From Octopus vulgaris (lineage: Eukaryota), in contig OX597815.1 in the NCBI GenBank assembly GCA_951406725.2, forward strand, positions 74,524,001 to 74,588,000: DNA of 64,000 nucleotides. Reading direction: 5' to 3'. Every line of letters starts with the position of its first letter. Position 1 is the stretch's first letter. The translations under genes were made by a program, and so were the position numbers. Below, one piece after another: positions 53,077 through 64,000 of the stretch. Under the pieces are notes generated by a model. That model was not told where the DNA came from and did no database searches. It saw only the letters and a program-made list of their open reading frames with translations.

Positions 53077-53670
53077 ACTAGAGTGTTAGATACACCTGCA
53101 TTGCTAAAATAAAGCTAAAATGCTTTTATTCTGTAGTCAAAGCACATAATTGTATTCCTACATACTGAGAGGGACTATAATCATCCAAAAACACCAGTCA
53201 GTATAATGAATTATTGAAGTGTTTTCAGATGATTATAGTCCCTGTCAGTATATATGTATACAATTATGTGCTTTGATTACAGCATTAGAGCATTTTAGCT
53301 CTTATTTCTAGCAATGTAGATGTTTCTAACACTCTAGTCATATTTACTGACAATTATAGTTTTCCTTTTTGGTAAAACATTTCAAACCACTGTCTATATT
53401 AATTTTCTGTATGCGCATTAGTGATTCGCTAAATCATCCAGAGATTTTTATGGTGAAAATATATATTCTCAAAATTAAGTCTTGAATCTGCCATGATGAG
53501 GCAACAGAAATTGCTGAAACTGACTGGTCAATATAAGGAATTCTTGAATGGTGTTTTCAGATGATTATAATCCCTGTCAATATATATGTATATAATTATG
53601 CGCTTTGACTACAACATTAGAGCATTTTAGCTCTTATTTCTAGCAAAGTAGGTATTTCTAACACCCTAGT
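53077..53670. repeat. Three ~120-bp copies (one forward, two reverse) with degenerate hammerhead-like ends; probable Penelope pLTR cluster
   Basis: 53077-53195 is the reverse complement of 53218-53338, and 53551-53670 is a direct repeat of the latter. Copies contain CTGA(C/G)AGGGACTATAATCATC(T/C)(G/A)AAAACAC. A further ATGATGA-ggcaa/ttgct-GAAAC..GTC motif lies at 53493-53529. Confidence 0.65.
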
Positions 53671-53671
53671 C

Positions 53672-56000
53672 CATGGATGGGCAACCTTTTTGAGAGTGCT
53701 TGCCAAAACTGGCAAAATCTCTGACACAAAATTTTTCCACATGCCAACCAGTTTTTTTTGAGAACCTATTAGGCTACTTGATATCTTTTAATAAAGTGTA
53801 TGTTAAGAACTTTTTTAATAAATGATAAAATATCACCATAGAGTTGTAAAACACAGTATATAATGATGGAAAATGTATTTATTCACCTTCAAAGTTACAT
53901 CTAAACAACAATGAACCTTTTCCTCTTTCAAAAGAAAACACCAGGTAAAATATCAGTTGGGCAGAAAACTTGCAGACAACCTTTGCCACTTTCAAAACAA
54001 AACATCAGTCAGATGAAATATCAGTTTGACAGAAAACTTGCTGACTCCTTTCGATATACATGTATATACAGTATTATCATTGGGATTTCTGCTGCTGTAT
54101 CACGGATGGCAGAGATTTTACATCGGGTTTATATTTTGTAACCTTCAGAGATATGCATGCACTACTAGTTTCATCCATCAGGTTACTCCTATTACAAGAC
54201 TTACAAAGTTCATCGCTAAGAACAAAGATTCACAGGCATATGTTAATGGAAACATGGATATTAGTGCTGTTGAAAAGTTTTTTAAGTTGGAAACATTTTC
54301 TGGAATGGCATTCTAAGACCTTATTAATTATTTTCCCACACTTCTCTCTGGTACTCCTGTTTCTAATCACTTTTTCCCAATATTTTCTAAGCCAATTCTA
54401 AGGTCAATAAATTTTTGCTTTAAAATTGAGCTACTTTGAAATTCAATCAACTGCATTTGAAAATCAACCATGTCTATCCATGGAAACATTTGTAAGTTTA
54501 GTTCTTCCAGTTTGATGATGTCTGGAAACTTCACGAATTTTGCTGTCTTCTAGTTTCCTGAATTTAGCAAACCTTATAAATAACTGCTCAACAGTTGACT
54601 TGATAATGTTTACAAACATCTTTTGAAGACATTGGCACTCTCTTCTGTCATCTTTTGAGAGATTATTGATGTACCTCTTTAGGTTTGGGAAGTATCTAAA
54701 TCTCTCATTGTCCCCATCCCTCTTAAAAACTTCTAGTTTCATTTCGAAAACCTTTATGTAACCATACATAGCATCAAGTGTCTTACCAGAGCCCTGTAAT
54801 TTAACATTCAAGTTATTCAAATGTTCTCAAAAATCTGCAAAAAACACCAGTTTACAAACCCACATGATGTCAGACAATTCTTGATAAGAAACATGGTGGT
54901 CATTCAAAAAGAAGTTTATCTCATTTAAACATTCAACAAATTGTTTCAGAACCAAACCTCAGCTAACCATTGAACATTGTTGTACATTTTCAGTCCTTTA
55001 TACACAGATTCAACCTCATTCAGTAAAACTCGAAATCATTTAAAGCCTGAGCAGAAATGTAGTTAACAACCTTGGTAACAGTTTGCATCACTTCCTGAAG
55101 TTCCTTCAGGCCAACTTTTGCACATAAAACCTTCTCAAGTATGATGCAATGACCACCTGTCAGTGTATGACCAACTTCTTTTGCAAACAGATTTACAAAT
55201 CCTGCCTTCTCACCACTCATGCTGGGGATACGATCTGTTGTGATGGATACTACTTCTGAAATGTCAATTTGTCGAGAAGAGAATTCATTCACAGCTGCTT
55301 TACATATTTCAGCCCCAGTAGTACATTCAAGCAGTTTTAGAAGGGCAACCATCTCTTCACATATTTCATCACCTTTACAAAATCGAGAAAAAATGGCTAA
55401 CCTAGCTGATGATGTAATACCTGTACTTTCATCAATAGAAATAGAAAAAAAACTTACATGATGACAAATCTTTTGTCAGTTGTTCAGAAATTTTCTTCTC
55501 CAACTTAAGTATTCTATCCTTAACTGTTCTCCTACTCACAGACAATTCTTTAATGTGCTGAATAATCTTTTCCTTTTCTGAAAAATTGTCAAACAGGAAA
55601 GGTGCACACTCTAACAAAGCTTCTTTAATATATTCCCCATCACTGAGTGGCTTTCCATGTTGGGCAATAACTTTTGAAACCTCAAAACTAGCAGCAACTA
55701 AATTGGAACTGGGCTTGCTGAAGATAAAGCTTATAAAAGTATCATCCTGTTTCTTTTTGTTTTGCTGAGTTCACGAGAAAATATTTTTTTTTTGTTCTTC
55801 TTCAGTTTTATTGCTTAGTTCTTATGAACACTTTCAAAATGCCTTTTTACAGAAGAAGTTCTACAAACAACAGTTTCGGAACAGAAAATACATAATGCTT
55901 TATTGTCTTTCTTAGTCATACTCAACTTTACAGTCCAGTATTTTTGAAATTCTCTAATAACCTCTTCAGTTGAATGACATCGTTTCTTAGCTGGTGGTCC
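53672..56000 (-). mobile_element. Decayed hAT DNA transposon (SPIN/Charlie, GTF2IRD2-like transposase)
   Basis: Collinear frameshifted ORFs on minus: KALCIFCSETVVCRTSSVKRHFESVH (Zn finger), LSVSRRTVKDRI, LECTTGAEICKAA..SITTD.IPSMSGEKAGF..HCII, MNNLNVKLQG...YFPNL. TIR-like CATGGATGGGCAACCTTTT at 53672. Other end not found. Confidence 0.85.
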
Positions 56001-56749
56001 TAATATTCTGCACAATGTATAAAGGGCAGAAGGAAAAATACATGAGATAATGATATACGTGAAAAAAGAGGAAAAAGAAAAGTAAAATGTCATTAAGATT
56101 AATAAAGTAAAATGTCATTATGATTAATAAGTTTTTTAATTAAAGTAAATAAAAACAAATAGTTTGTTATCCTCGCAAAAAAAAAATGGCAGGATAGGTG
56201 CAGCACAGATCAGTAAAGAAAATCAAAGCATGCAACAAATCACAAAATTTCATGGCTGTGAATAATTTGATGCTTACAGTAAATCATTTCAAGACAAGAC
56301 AACATGTGCAACAATTCAAGCTCATGATAACAATCCGGTGTATGCAATACATGTACTCTATATGCACAATGATCACACAACTACAATGTAAACATTACCA
56401 TGGTCCTTGCCTTGATGATACATGATTATTGTAAACAAATCTCACCATCATACAAGCAGTGTCCTTTGTTCTCAATCTCCCATGCAAACTTATCCAGCCA
56501 TGGGAAAATATTTCTTGGGAAACGGGTGAGAATTGGCAACAGGAAGGGCATCCGGCCATAAAAAACCTGCCTCAACAAATTCTGTCTGACTCATGCAAGT
56601 ATGGAAAAAGTATGAACATTAAAATAATGCTGTTGCTACTGCTGCTGGTTTGGTTCCCATATTTTATATGTTGTTAATGAAATAGTATGTTGTTAACAAT
56701 TTACTGTTTTCAATGTTAATTAAAATGCAGCATATATGCTATTTGTCAG

Positions 56750-56866
56750 ATATTCTGAAGATTGACAACTTATGGTGCTTCATTAAACTGACCAAACTAC
56801 AACTTGATAATAATGTCATTGAAAAAATAGAAGGATTGGATCAACTTATAAACCTTGTGTGGCTGG
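56750..56866 (+). CDS. DRC3: DRC3 coding exon 2 (LRR)
   Basis: atttgtcAG|AT ATT CTG... = (N)ILKIDNLWCFIKLTKLQLDNNVIEKIEGLDQLINLVWL, donor g|GTAAGA; 117 nt, phase 1-1, in frame with both neighbours. Confidence 0.93.
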
Positions 56867-57929
56867 GTAAGATGTATTTTTTTACATTTGAAATTCTTTT
56901 TCCGCATTCCACTGACATTCACTCAGCAGTTTTTATTCATTCAGTTAAAGGTGCCAGCATGGTTGTGAGGTTAAGAGACTTGCTTCCCAACCATACTGCT
57001 AGAGCGCTCTTAGCTGACCAAAGCCTTAAGAGTGGATTTGGTAGACGTAAACTAGAAGAAGCCCATAGTATGTATGTATGTATGTATGCATGCATACATA
57101 CATACATACATACATACATGCATGCATGTATGTACATTCATTTGTTTGTTTGTTCACCCACCCGCCTGCTTATTCATTTGGTCTCTTTCATTTTCTCTTT
57201 TTAATTTTAGAGTAATTTTATAGTACTTGGCAGTAAGGTTGTGAAGGAAATCATCTCATTTTAACCATTATCATTTAAATCTGAAGAAGGTCCTGCAGAT
57301 TTTTATAGTCCCTGATATCATGATCATGATCATCATCGTTTAACATCCACTTTCCATGCTAGCATGGGTTGGATGACTTGACTGAGGGCTGGCAAACCAG
57401 AATGGCTGCAACAGGCTCCAATCTTGATCTGACAGAGTTTCTACAGCTGGATGCCCTTCCTAACGCCAACCACTCCGAGAGTGTAGTGGGTGCTTTTACA
57501 TGCCACTGGCACGGAGGCCAGTCAGGTGGTACTGGCAACAACCTCGCTCGAATGTTTTTACACATGCCAGTAAGGCAGCACTGGTAACGATCACATTCGA
57601 ATGGTGCCTTTTACATGCCACCGGCTCATTTGTTGAATATGAATTAAAGATTTGCATTCTCTCCCTAAGATCCCAAGTTCAGCCATATTTTGCTCTAGAT
57701 AGTTTTGTATGTATCCTGCTGTTTCAATAATAATAAGTATGAAACTGAAAGTGTATCTTGGGTACTGGATTTACAAACTCTTTATTAATGATTCCTCTTT
57801 TCCTTGTAATTTTCTAACCACATTGGTGTCCTGAGAGCAGCTGATTTCCAGAGCAGAACTTACCTTTCCCTTCTGATTTCATGCAACTACATCTAGCTGG
57901 TTGTGTTTTAACTTGGTGGCAGATTTATT

Positions 57930-58420
57930 TTTTAAGTATCACCAATATTCTTTTGATCTACCAGCCTCAAAATAGTCAAATAGGTCTGTAGATGTTTTCT
58001 TCTTTATTATCCTGTTCCAGACTGTTCTGGCCACTGCATCATACTTCATGGGAAGACATTCTCTCATAGTTGGCAATAATGTGGTTAATGTCTTGGTCTT
58101 ACACAGCTTACATTTGTTGCCTGTTAATGTTTTCTGCTTCTTATGCTGTAGGTACTTTGTGGGGAACTCTTGTTCTTGAATTGTCTGGAGGAAGCCTTCA
58201 AAGAGGAATGTCATAAACTTGTCTGTACCCCACAGCAAGCTCTTGACACGATCAGTCCCTTCTATGGTTCATGTTTTTCATGTCAAGTATCCAAGTACTA
58301 TCTTCTTAGTGAACTGCTCCATTGTTTTACTTGGTTTTTCTGATAAATAGACTTTACCAATGCTCCTTGGGGAGAGATCTGTATCAGCTCTTATTTCATA
58401 CCTCTTCTCAAATTCAATAG
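57930..58420 (-). mobile_element. Degenerate RLE-type (R4/Dong-like) non-LTR fragment
   Basis: EGFLQTIQEQEFPTKYL...NKCKLCK...YDAVARTVW resembles the EG....AQDQ...T...CRLC...HD.VA CCHC region of RLE retrotransposons. Confidence 0.5.
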
Positions 58421-59280
58421 CTATCCTAATTATGGTTTTTAATTGAGATAATTTTCAACAGGAAGTTAGTTTCCCAGAATTAAGGGTGGCCTCATACAGG
58501 TTGATATAAAAGGGTTAATCATCACTGTATCAGCAACCACCATGTCATAATTGGAAGAATGCATGCTGTTGTGTGTTTCAGTATTCAAAAACATAGTCTC
58601 AAAGCTGGTGAGTAATTTGTGAAAAGAAATTTGGTTCCTTCATTGATTTCGTTGATTTAATTTGTATAAGTTTACTTAGTTGATCAAATACAATTATTGG
58701 CTCTTTGCATTTGAGTAAACGGAGGTAGAATATTTCAGTGCATTGACTATAGCAAGGCTTCAATGGCAAAAATATAACCTGATGATTCTTCAGTTGAGAA
58801 TTTATCATGTTTAATTAGTCTCTGTTCTGTGTCCCCTCTTCTTCACTCTAATATCAAATTTAATATAGAAAAAAACCCCACTTCTACTGATTTGTTGATA
58901 TACCAAACTAAAATAACAATGTAAAATGTTTGTAAAATGGAATTGCATAGATCATCATCATCATCATTGCCGTCATCGTTGTCGTCATTGTCATCATCAT
59001 CATCATTTAATGTTTATTTTCTATGCTGTCATGGGTTGTACAGATTGACCAAATCTGACAAGCTAGTTGACAGCATCAGACTCTGATGCTTGTTTAAGTG
59101 AAGTTTCTATGGGGCTGGATGCCCATCCTAATGCCAACCACTTTGCAAAATATACAGGGTGCTTTTGTTTTAAGAGGATTCTGTTGTTGTTATTGTTATA
59201 GTGGTGGAGTAACTAGTTACCATTCTTGTTGAGGAAGAGAAAACCAAATAATATTTAACCATTTTCTCTTTATTAAATAG

Positions 59281-59447
59281 ATTTGTCCTTTAACAATATT
59301 GAAGAAATTGAAGGGCTGGATAACCTAACAAAATTGACTGATCTTTCTCTGTATAATAACAGAATATCAACCATTGCAAACATGGATACTTTAATGGACT
59401 TGGAAGTTCTTTCACTTGGAAATAATGATATTAATGATCTCCGAATG
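59281..59447 (+). CDS. DRC3: DRC3 coding exon 3 (SDS22-like LRRs)
   Basis: ttaaatAG|AT TTG TCC = (D)[55 protein letters not shown], donor |GTGAGT; 167 nt, phase 1-0. Confidence 0.93.
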
Positions 59448-59721
59448 GTGAGTAAGAGAATGTTCTCTCTTTCAAGCTCCACCCTGCTCACTCCTTGTGA
59501 GTAGCCATGTGATACCTTTACAGCTAAAAATCTATTCTGTTCTGGTCTTTCCTCTCATACTTTCATTTCTGATCTCCAGGTATAAAATTGCCTCCCTTTG
59601 TACTTTGGCCTACCCCACCCCACAACATCCATTTGAAGATAACCTTATTCTTGTGATCTGCATGATGATCTCATTAGAGCTGGTTCCACAAAAAAAAAAG
59701 TGCCCAATACTGTAAAGTAGT

Positions 59722-60214
59722 GGAGGCATGTGGCTTAGTGGTTAGGGTGTCAGCATCATGATCGTAAGATTGTGGTTTCAATTCTTGGACCGGGCGACGC
59801 GTTGTGTTCTTGAGCAAAACACTTCATTTCACGTTGCTCCAGTCCACTCAGCTGGCAAAAATGAGTAACATTGCGATGGACTGGCATCCCGTCCAGCTGG
59901 GGAACACACAACATCATTGAAACCGGGAAACCGGGCCTATGAGCCTGGCTAGGCTTTAAAAGGACACAGGAGGCATGTGGCTTAGTGGTTAGGGTGTCAG
60001 CATCATGATCGTAAGATTGTGGTTTAGATTCCTGGACCGGGCGACGCGTTGTGTTCTTGAGCAAAACACTTCATTTCACGTTGCTCCAGTCCACTCAGCT
60101 GGCAAAAATGAGTAACATTGCGATGGACTGGCAATCCGTCCAGCTGCGGAACACATATGTCATTGAAACCAGGAAACCAGGCCCATGAGCCTGGCTAGGC
60201 TTTAAAAGGGCGCA
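59722..60214 (+). mobile_element. Head-to-tail dimer of a ~247-bp tRNA-derived SINE
   Basis: Two highly similar copies (59722-59968, 59969-60214) with A-box TGGCTTAGTGG and a B-box-like GGTTTCAATTC; a diverged copy lies at 61417-61640. Confidence 0.9.
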
Positions 60215-60696
60215 ATTATTTATTATTACTGTAAAGAAACTAATGTTATGAAGTGTATCCACCCACAGAAACCATGCCAAAGCAGACATTGGAGCACAAT
60301 GCATTTCTAGGTGCCAAACTGTCCACTCTATGCCAGCATGGAACATGCATGCTAAAAGGTGATGATAATAGTAATAGTGGTGGTGGTGGTGGTGATGATG
60401 ATTGTGGTATTGATATTGGCAGTGATGATAATAGTAATGATGATGATGATGATAATGATGACATCAGTGACAATGACTACAAAGACATTATTGTCATAGT
60501 GACTGAATCAATGTTAATCTTTGGTCATATTGCAGAGCAGTATCAACGCTGAGAGCCAACAAAACACTTTCTAATTAGATGTCTCTCTTGTTACTTGCAA
60601 CATCAAACTGTAAAAATCCTGTTTTTAACTTTTCAAGACCAAGACTTGTCCCCGTAGTTCTCACTACATATATTCACTACATATATAATAAACAAA

Positions 60697-60855
60697 ATCA
60701 TCATCATTGTCATCATTATCATCATCATCATCATCGTCATCATTGTTATTGGCATTATCATCATCATCATCATTCTTGTCGTCATCATAATTATCATCAT
60801 CATTATCATCATCATCTTCTTCATCCTCATCATCATCATTTTCATCATCATAATA
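60697..60855. repeat. Imperfect (CAT)n microsatellite
   Basis: Direct inspection; source of the spurious poly-His and poly-Met ORFs. Confidence 0.95.
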
Positions 60856-61797
60856 ATATAACTGGAGAATACTGCCTGCTTCATATTGAGTTGCTCTCTC
60901 ACAGATTCTGCATAAACTACATTAATTATGATTTCTACAATCAAAGCGGATGAAGATCTTGTTTTTTTTTTACTTTTCTTTTCTTTCTTTTTGTTCCACA
61001 TTTTTGCATCAACCTTCTTCACATTATTTTTTTTTCTCCTGGCTCTTCTCTCATGTTTTCTCATTGTCCAGTGTCCTGGTTTTAAATATATCTAACATAT
61101 GATGAACTGAGCCTGAAAAATTGCTTGGAGAAGATACATGGCATGTTATATAAATCTATTAATTTAATGTGTCATAAAAGTGTGAAACTAATAGTAGCTA
61201 TTCTGTAATTATGTATATTAAATGATTACTCTTGTTTATCAGTATAAAGACCCTATCAACTATTTAGAAACAACATTAATTTTATTTATAACCCTTTACG
61301 AGGTCAAACAAGATCATGTGCTCTCTTCTCTCTCCTCGTTTTGGTCTTTCTCTCTCCACTTACTTCTTCATACTTCATCTATTTCCCTTTCTGATCCAGG
61401 CTCTTTAATGAATATGGAGGTGTATGGCATAGCGGTTAAGGGTGTTGGACTCATGATTGTAAGATTGTGGTTTCAATTCTTGAACCAGGTGAGGCGTTGT
61501 GTTCTTGAACAAAACACTTCATTTTACATTGCTCCAGTCCACTCAGCTGGCAAAAATGAGTAATCCTGCAATCGACCAACATCCTATCCAGTGAGGAATA
61601 TAAACACTGGAGAAACCAAGAAACCAGCCCTATGATTCTGTATAACTTGGGAAGGACCTTTACCCTGCTTTATCCCTTTACTTTTTAGGATTTCCTCATT
61701 ATTAACTTGATACTAACTTGAGCTTTTCACTCTCTGACCACATTTGGGTGATCTGAATCATTTGGCACTATGTACTTGTTCTTGAGAAGTTCTAATA

Positions 61798-61880
61798 TTT
61801 ACCTGATGAAAACACTTTTTTTGCGTGATGCAACACTTCTGCCCATCAATAAAAAACATGTCTGAAACAGCTGTAGTGAA
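61798..61880 (+). ncRNA. Type I hammerhead ribozyme motif in DRC3 intron
   Basis: Stem I tttac/gtgaa; CTGATGA (61803-09); stem II aaaca/tgtct extended by T-run/A-run and tgatg/catca; GAAA (61864-67); palindromic CAGCTG; GTA site. Confidence 0.72.
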
Positions 61881-62275
61881 CCACAATCCATCTATTTTTT
61901 AGGTGTGGCTGTGTGGTAAGAAGCGTGTTTCTCAATCACATGGTTCCAGGTTCAGTCCCACTGTGTGACACCTTAGGCAAATGTCTTCCACTATAGCCTC
62001 AGGCTGACCAAAACCTCATGAATGGATTTGGTAGACAGAAACTGAAAGAAGCTCGTTGTCTATATATGTATATATCTTTGTGTCTGTGTTTGTCCTCCCC
62101 ATCACCACTTGACAACCAGTGTTAGTATATTTACATCCCTGTAACTTAGCAGTTCAGCAAAAGAGACTGGTAGAATAAGTACTGGGCTTAAAAAATAGGC
62201 CTTTGGGTCAATTTGTTTGATAAATTCCCAGAAAGCTGCAGTGAGATGACTGAAACCAATAAAAGTATATATACG

Positions 62276-62320
<45 letters not shown>

Positions 62321-62560
62321 TTATTATATATATGTGTGTGTGTGTATGTGTGTATGTGTATGTGTGTGTGTGTTGGTTTTCTTTTAGGTTCCATCTAATC
62401 AAATCTACTCACAAGGCATTGGTTGGCCTGGGGCTATAGTAGAAGATATGTGTCCAGAGTGCCTTGTAGTGAAATTGAACCCAAGACCACATGGTTGTGA
62501 TTCTTTCTCATGGATTATCTATCAATGCTAATAAATGTTAATTGTCTAACCTTTTTTCAG

Positions 62561-62707
62561 ATCTTGTATCTACGAAAATTCAAAAAGCTAAAAATGATTA
62601 ACTTAGCTGGTAATCCCTTCTGTGAGATGGAAGACTATAAAACGACAGTTGTTGTTTATCTCAACTGGGTGGAGTATGTCGATTATGCCTTAGTCAAGGA
62701 AGAATTT
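62561..62707 (+). CDS. DRC3: DRC3 coding exon 4 (LRR cap); gene continues beyond window
   Basis: ctaaccttttttcAG|ATC TTG TAT = ILYLRKFKKLKMINLAGNPFCEMEDYKTTVVVYLNWVEYVDYALVKEEF, donor |GTAAGT; 147 nt, phase 0-0; LRRcap motif GNP.C..E.Y...V...L......D. Confidence 0.92.
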
Positions 62708-63163
62708 GTAAGTATTCTTTCTTATATCTTAACACTACTACCACTACCACCACCACCACCACCACCACAACCACCACCACCACCACCACTACCATCATCA
62801 GTCATTACTACTGCCAGAACCAACAACGATATATTCCTAGTCCCTCTCTCCTCCATATGCATTATTAAACCTACTATTAACACTACATCACATGGCTATC
62901 GTCATCATCAGCATTTCCACCTCCACTATTACTACTACTACTACTACTACTGCTGCTGCTGTTGTTGTTGTTGTTAAGCAACAAGATGGGTAAGGGTGAT
63001 TAGGTCATGGTCTAGGGTTTAGGGGCTGGAGACCCCAGACCTTGGAAAAAAAAATTTGGTCGTCTTGTTGTAGTCGAGGGCTCTTCATTGACACCTGACA
63101 CCACTGGGAGGTGGCCCTCGATGTCGTTGGAAATGGAGATCTCCAGGTCCAAATTCTTGAACG

Positions 63164-63196
<33 letters not shown>

Positions 63197-63841
63197 TCTA
63201 CTACTACTACTACTACTACTCCCATCTTCATTATCAGTATTATATACCAACACAGGCAGTGAACTGACAAAAGCGTTAGCATGTTGAACAAATTACTTGG
63301 CATTTCTTCTGGTTCTTTATGTTTTGAGTTCAAATGCTGCCAATGTCAACTTTGCCTTTCATCCTTTTGTGATTGTGTTTTTGTAAGGCATGAAGTAAAG
63401 TTTGCTCTTACTTCGAGTTGCAACTGTTGACAATCACTCCAAATGTTGGATCATGGGAAAGCCAGCCAAACCTCACAGTTATAACCACATGTCGACTCTG
63501 CCGATTCCTCGCCAACAAGGACTATTACACCATGACTGCTTGCAGCACACGACTTGCCTCACCACAGACCCTCGTAAGAAAGAGGCTGTCTGCTTGCAGT
63601 TGTGACATCATGTCATCACTCTTCCAGTCCCTTTGTGAATATAGAATAGCCAGAAATCATACAGTAGTTTTATCTGTGCACTACTGACCTAACTACTAAC
63701 AAAAAGCACCAACCTCTTCATGAGCACCTTGACCAAAATCTTAAAACTCTGCATTCTGCAGAGTTATGTGCTGAAAATTGTCAATGGTGCACTGTTTGTT
63801 GGCATCTTTCTTTAGCTAGAGGTAATATTTATTTCCACTTA

Positions 63842-64000
63842 CCGTAAATCCTCGAGTATAGTCTGCCCTTGAGTATAATATGCAGGGGATTTTTAGGGGG
63901 CTGTACCTCTGAAAAACCTAAACCTTGTGTATAATACGCACCTCTTCTCTAACTTGAGTCAAGGAGGTTCATATAACGTCCTTGGTTTGTAAAAATGTAT
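63842..64000. mobile_element. pogo-like transposon end (runs off window)
   Basis: TA-CCGTAAATCCTCGAGTATA.. with repeated GAGTATAA subterminal motifs. Confidence 0.55.

Noticed and set aside
53911-54401. Plus-strand ORFs of 76-113 aa
   Set aside because: Antisense to the decayed hAT transposase 3' region.
59722-59795. tRNA gene
   Set aside because: A/B boxes belong to a tRNA-derived SINE head; no proper cloverleaf, and the sequence continues into the SINE body.
62708-62977. Poly-Pro/Tyr/Cys extension of the DRC3 exon ORF
   Set aside because: Lies after the GTAAGT donor at 62708; intronic trinucleotide repeats.

Overview
AT-rich, microsatellite- and transposon-dense eukaryotic DNA. The SINE, RTE-LINE and MITE landscape is typical of a coleoid cephalopod, most likely Octopus (my recognition, not a database result). 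Two host genes are arranged head-to-head around an ~200-300 bp promoter at ~37.6-37.9 kb. On the minus strand is the first coding exon of a TOM1/TOM1L2 VHS-domain gene (MAALFGHGNPLSTPVGQLI-; too short for the ORF track), followed by a first intron that appears to exceed 37 kb. On the plus strand is DRC3/LRRC48, a nexin-dynein regulatory complex LRR protein, with a putative non-coding exon and four coding exons; the gene continues past the window. From memory, TOM1L2 and DRC3 are also divergent neighbours in human 17p11.2. The shared promoter carries an RFX X-box, a perfect CRE and a YY1-like motif. The introns contain about eight type-I hammerhead ribozyme (HHR) motifs of several unrelated sequence families, most with a minimal, often palindromic stem III of Penelope/retrozyme style. 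Several sit inside long inverted repeats, including a near-perfect 308-bp-arm palindrome, so that each ribozyme is preceded by its own antisense. Also present: a decayed hAT transposase, a 5'-truncated RTE LINE, Tc1/mariner and pogo remnants, TTAA piggyBac-type MITEs, Helitron/Helentron non-autonomous elements and many tRNA-derived SINEs. Nearly all ORFs in the supplied track are spurious microsatellite or repeat translations.
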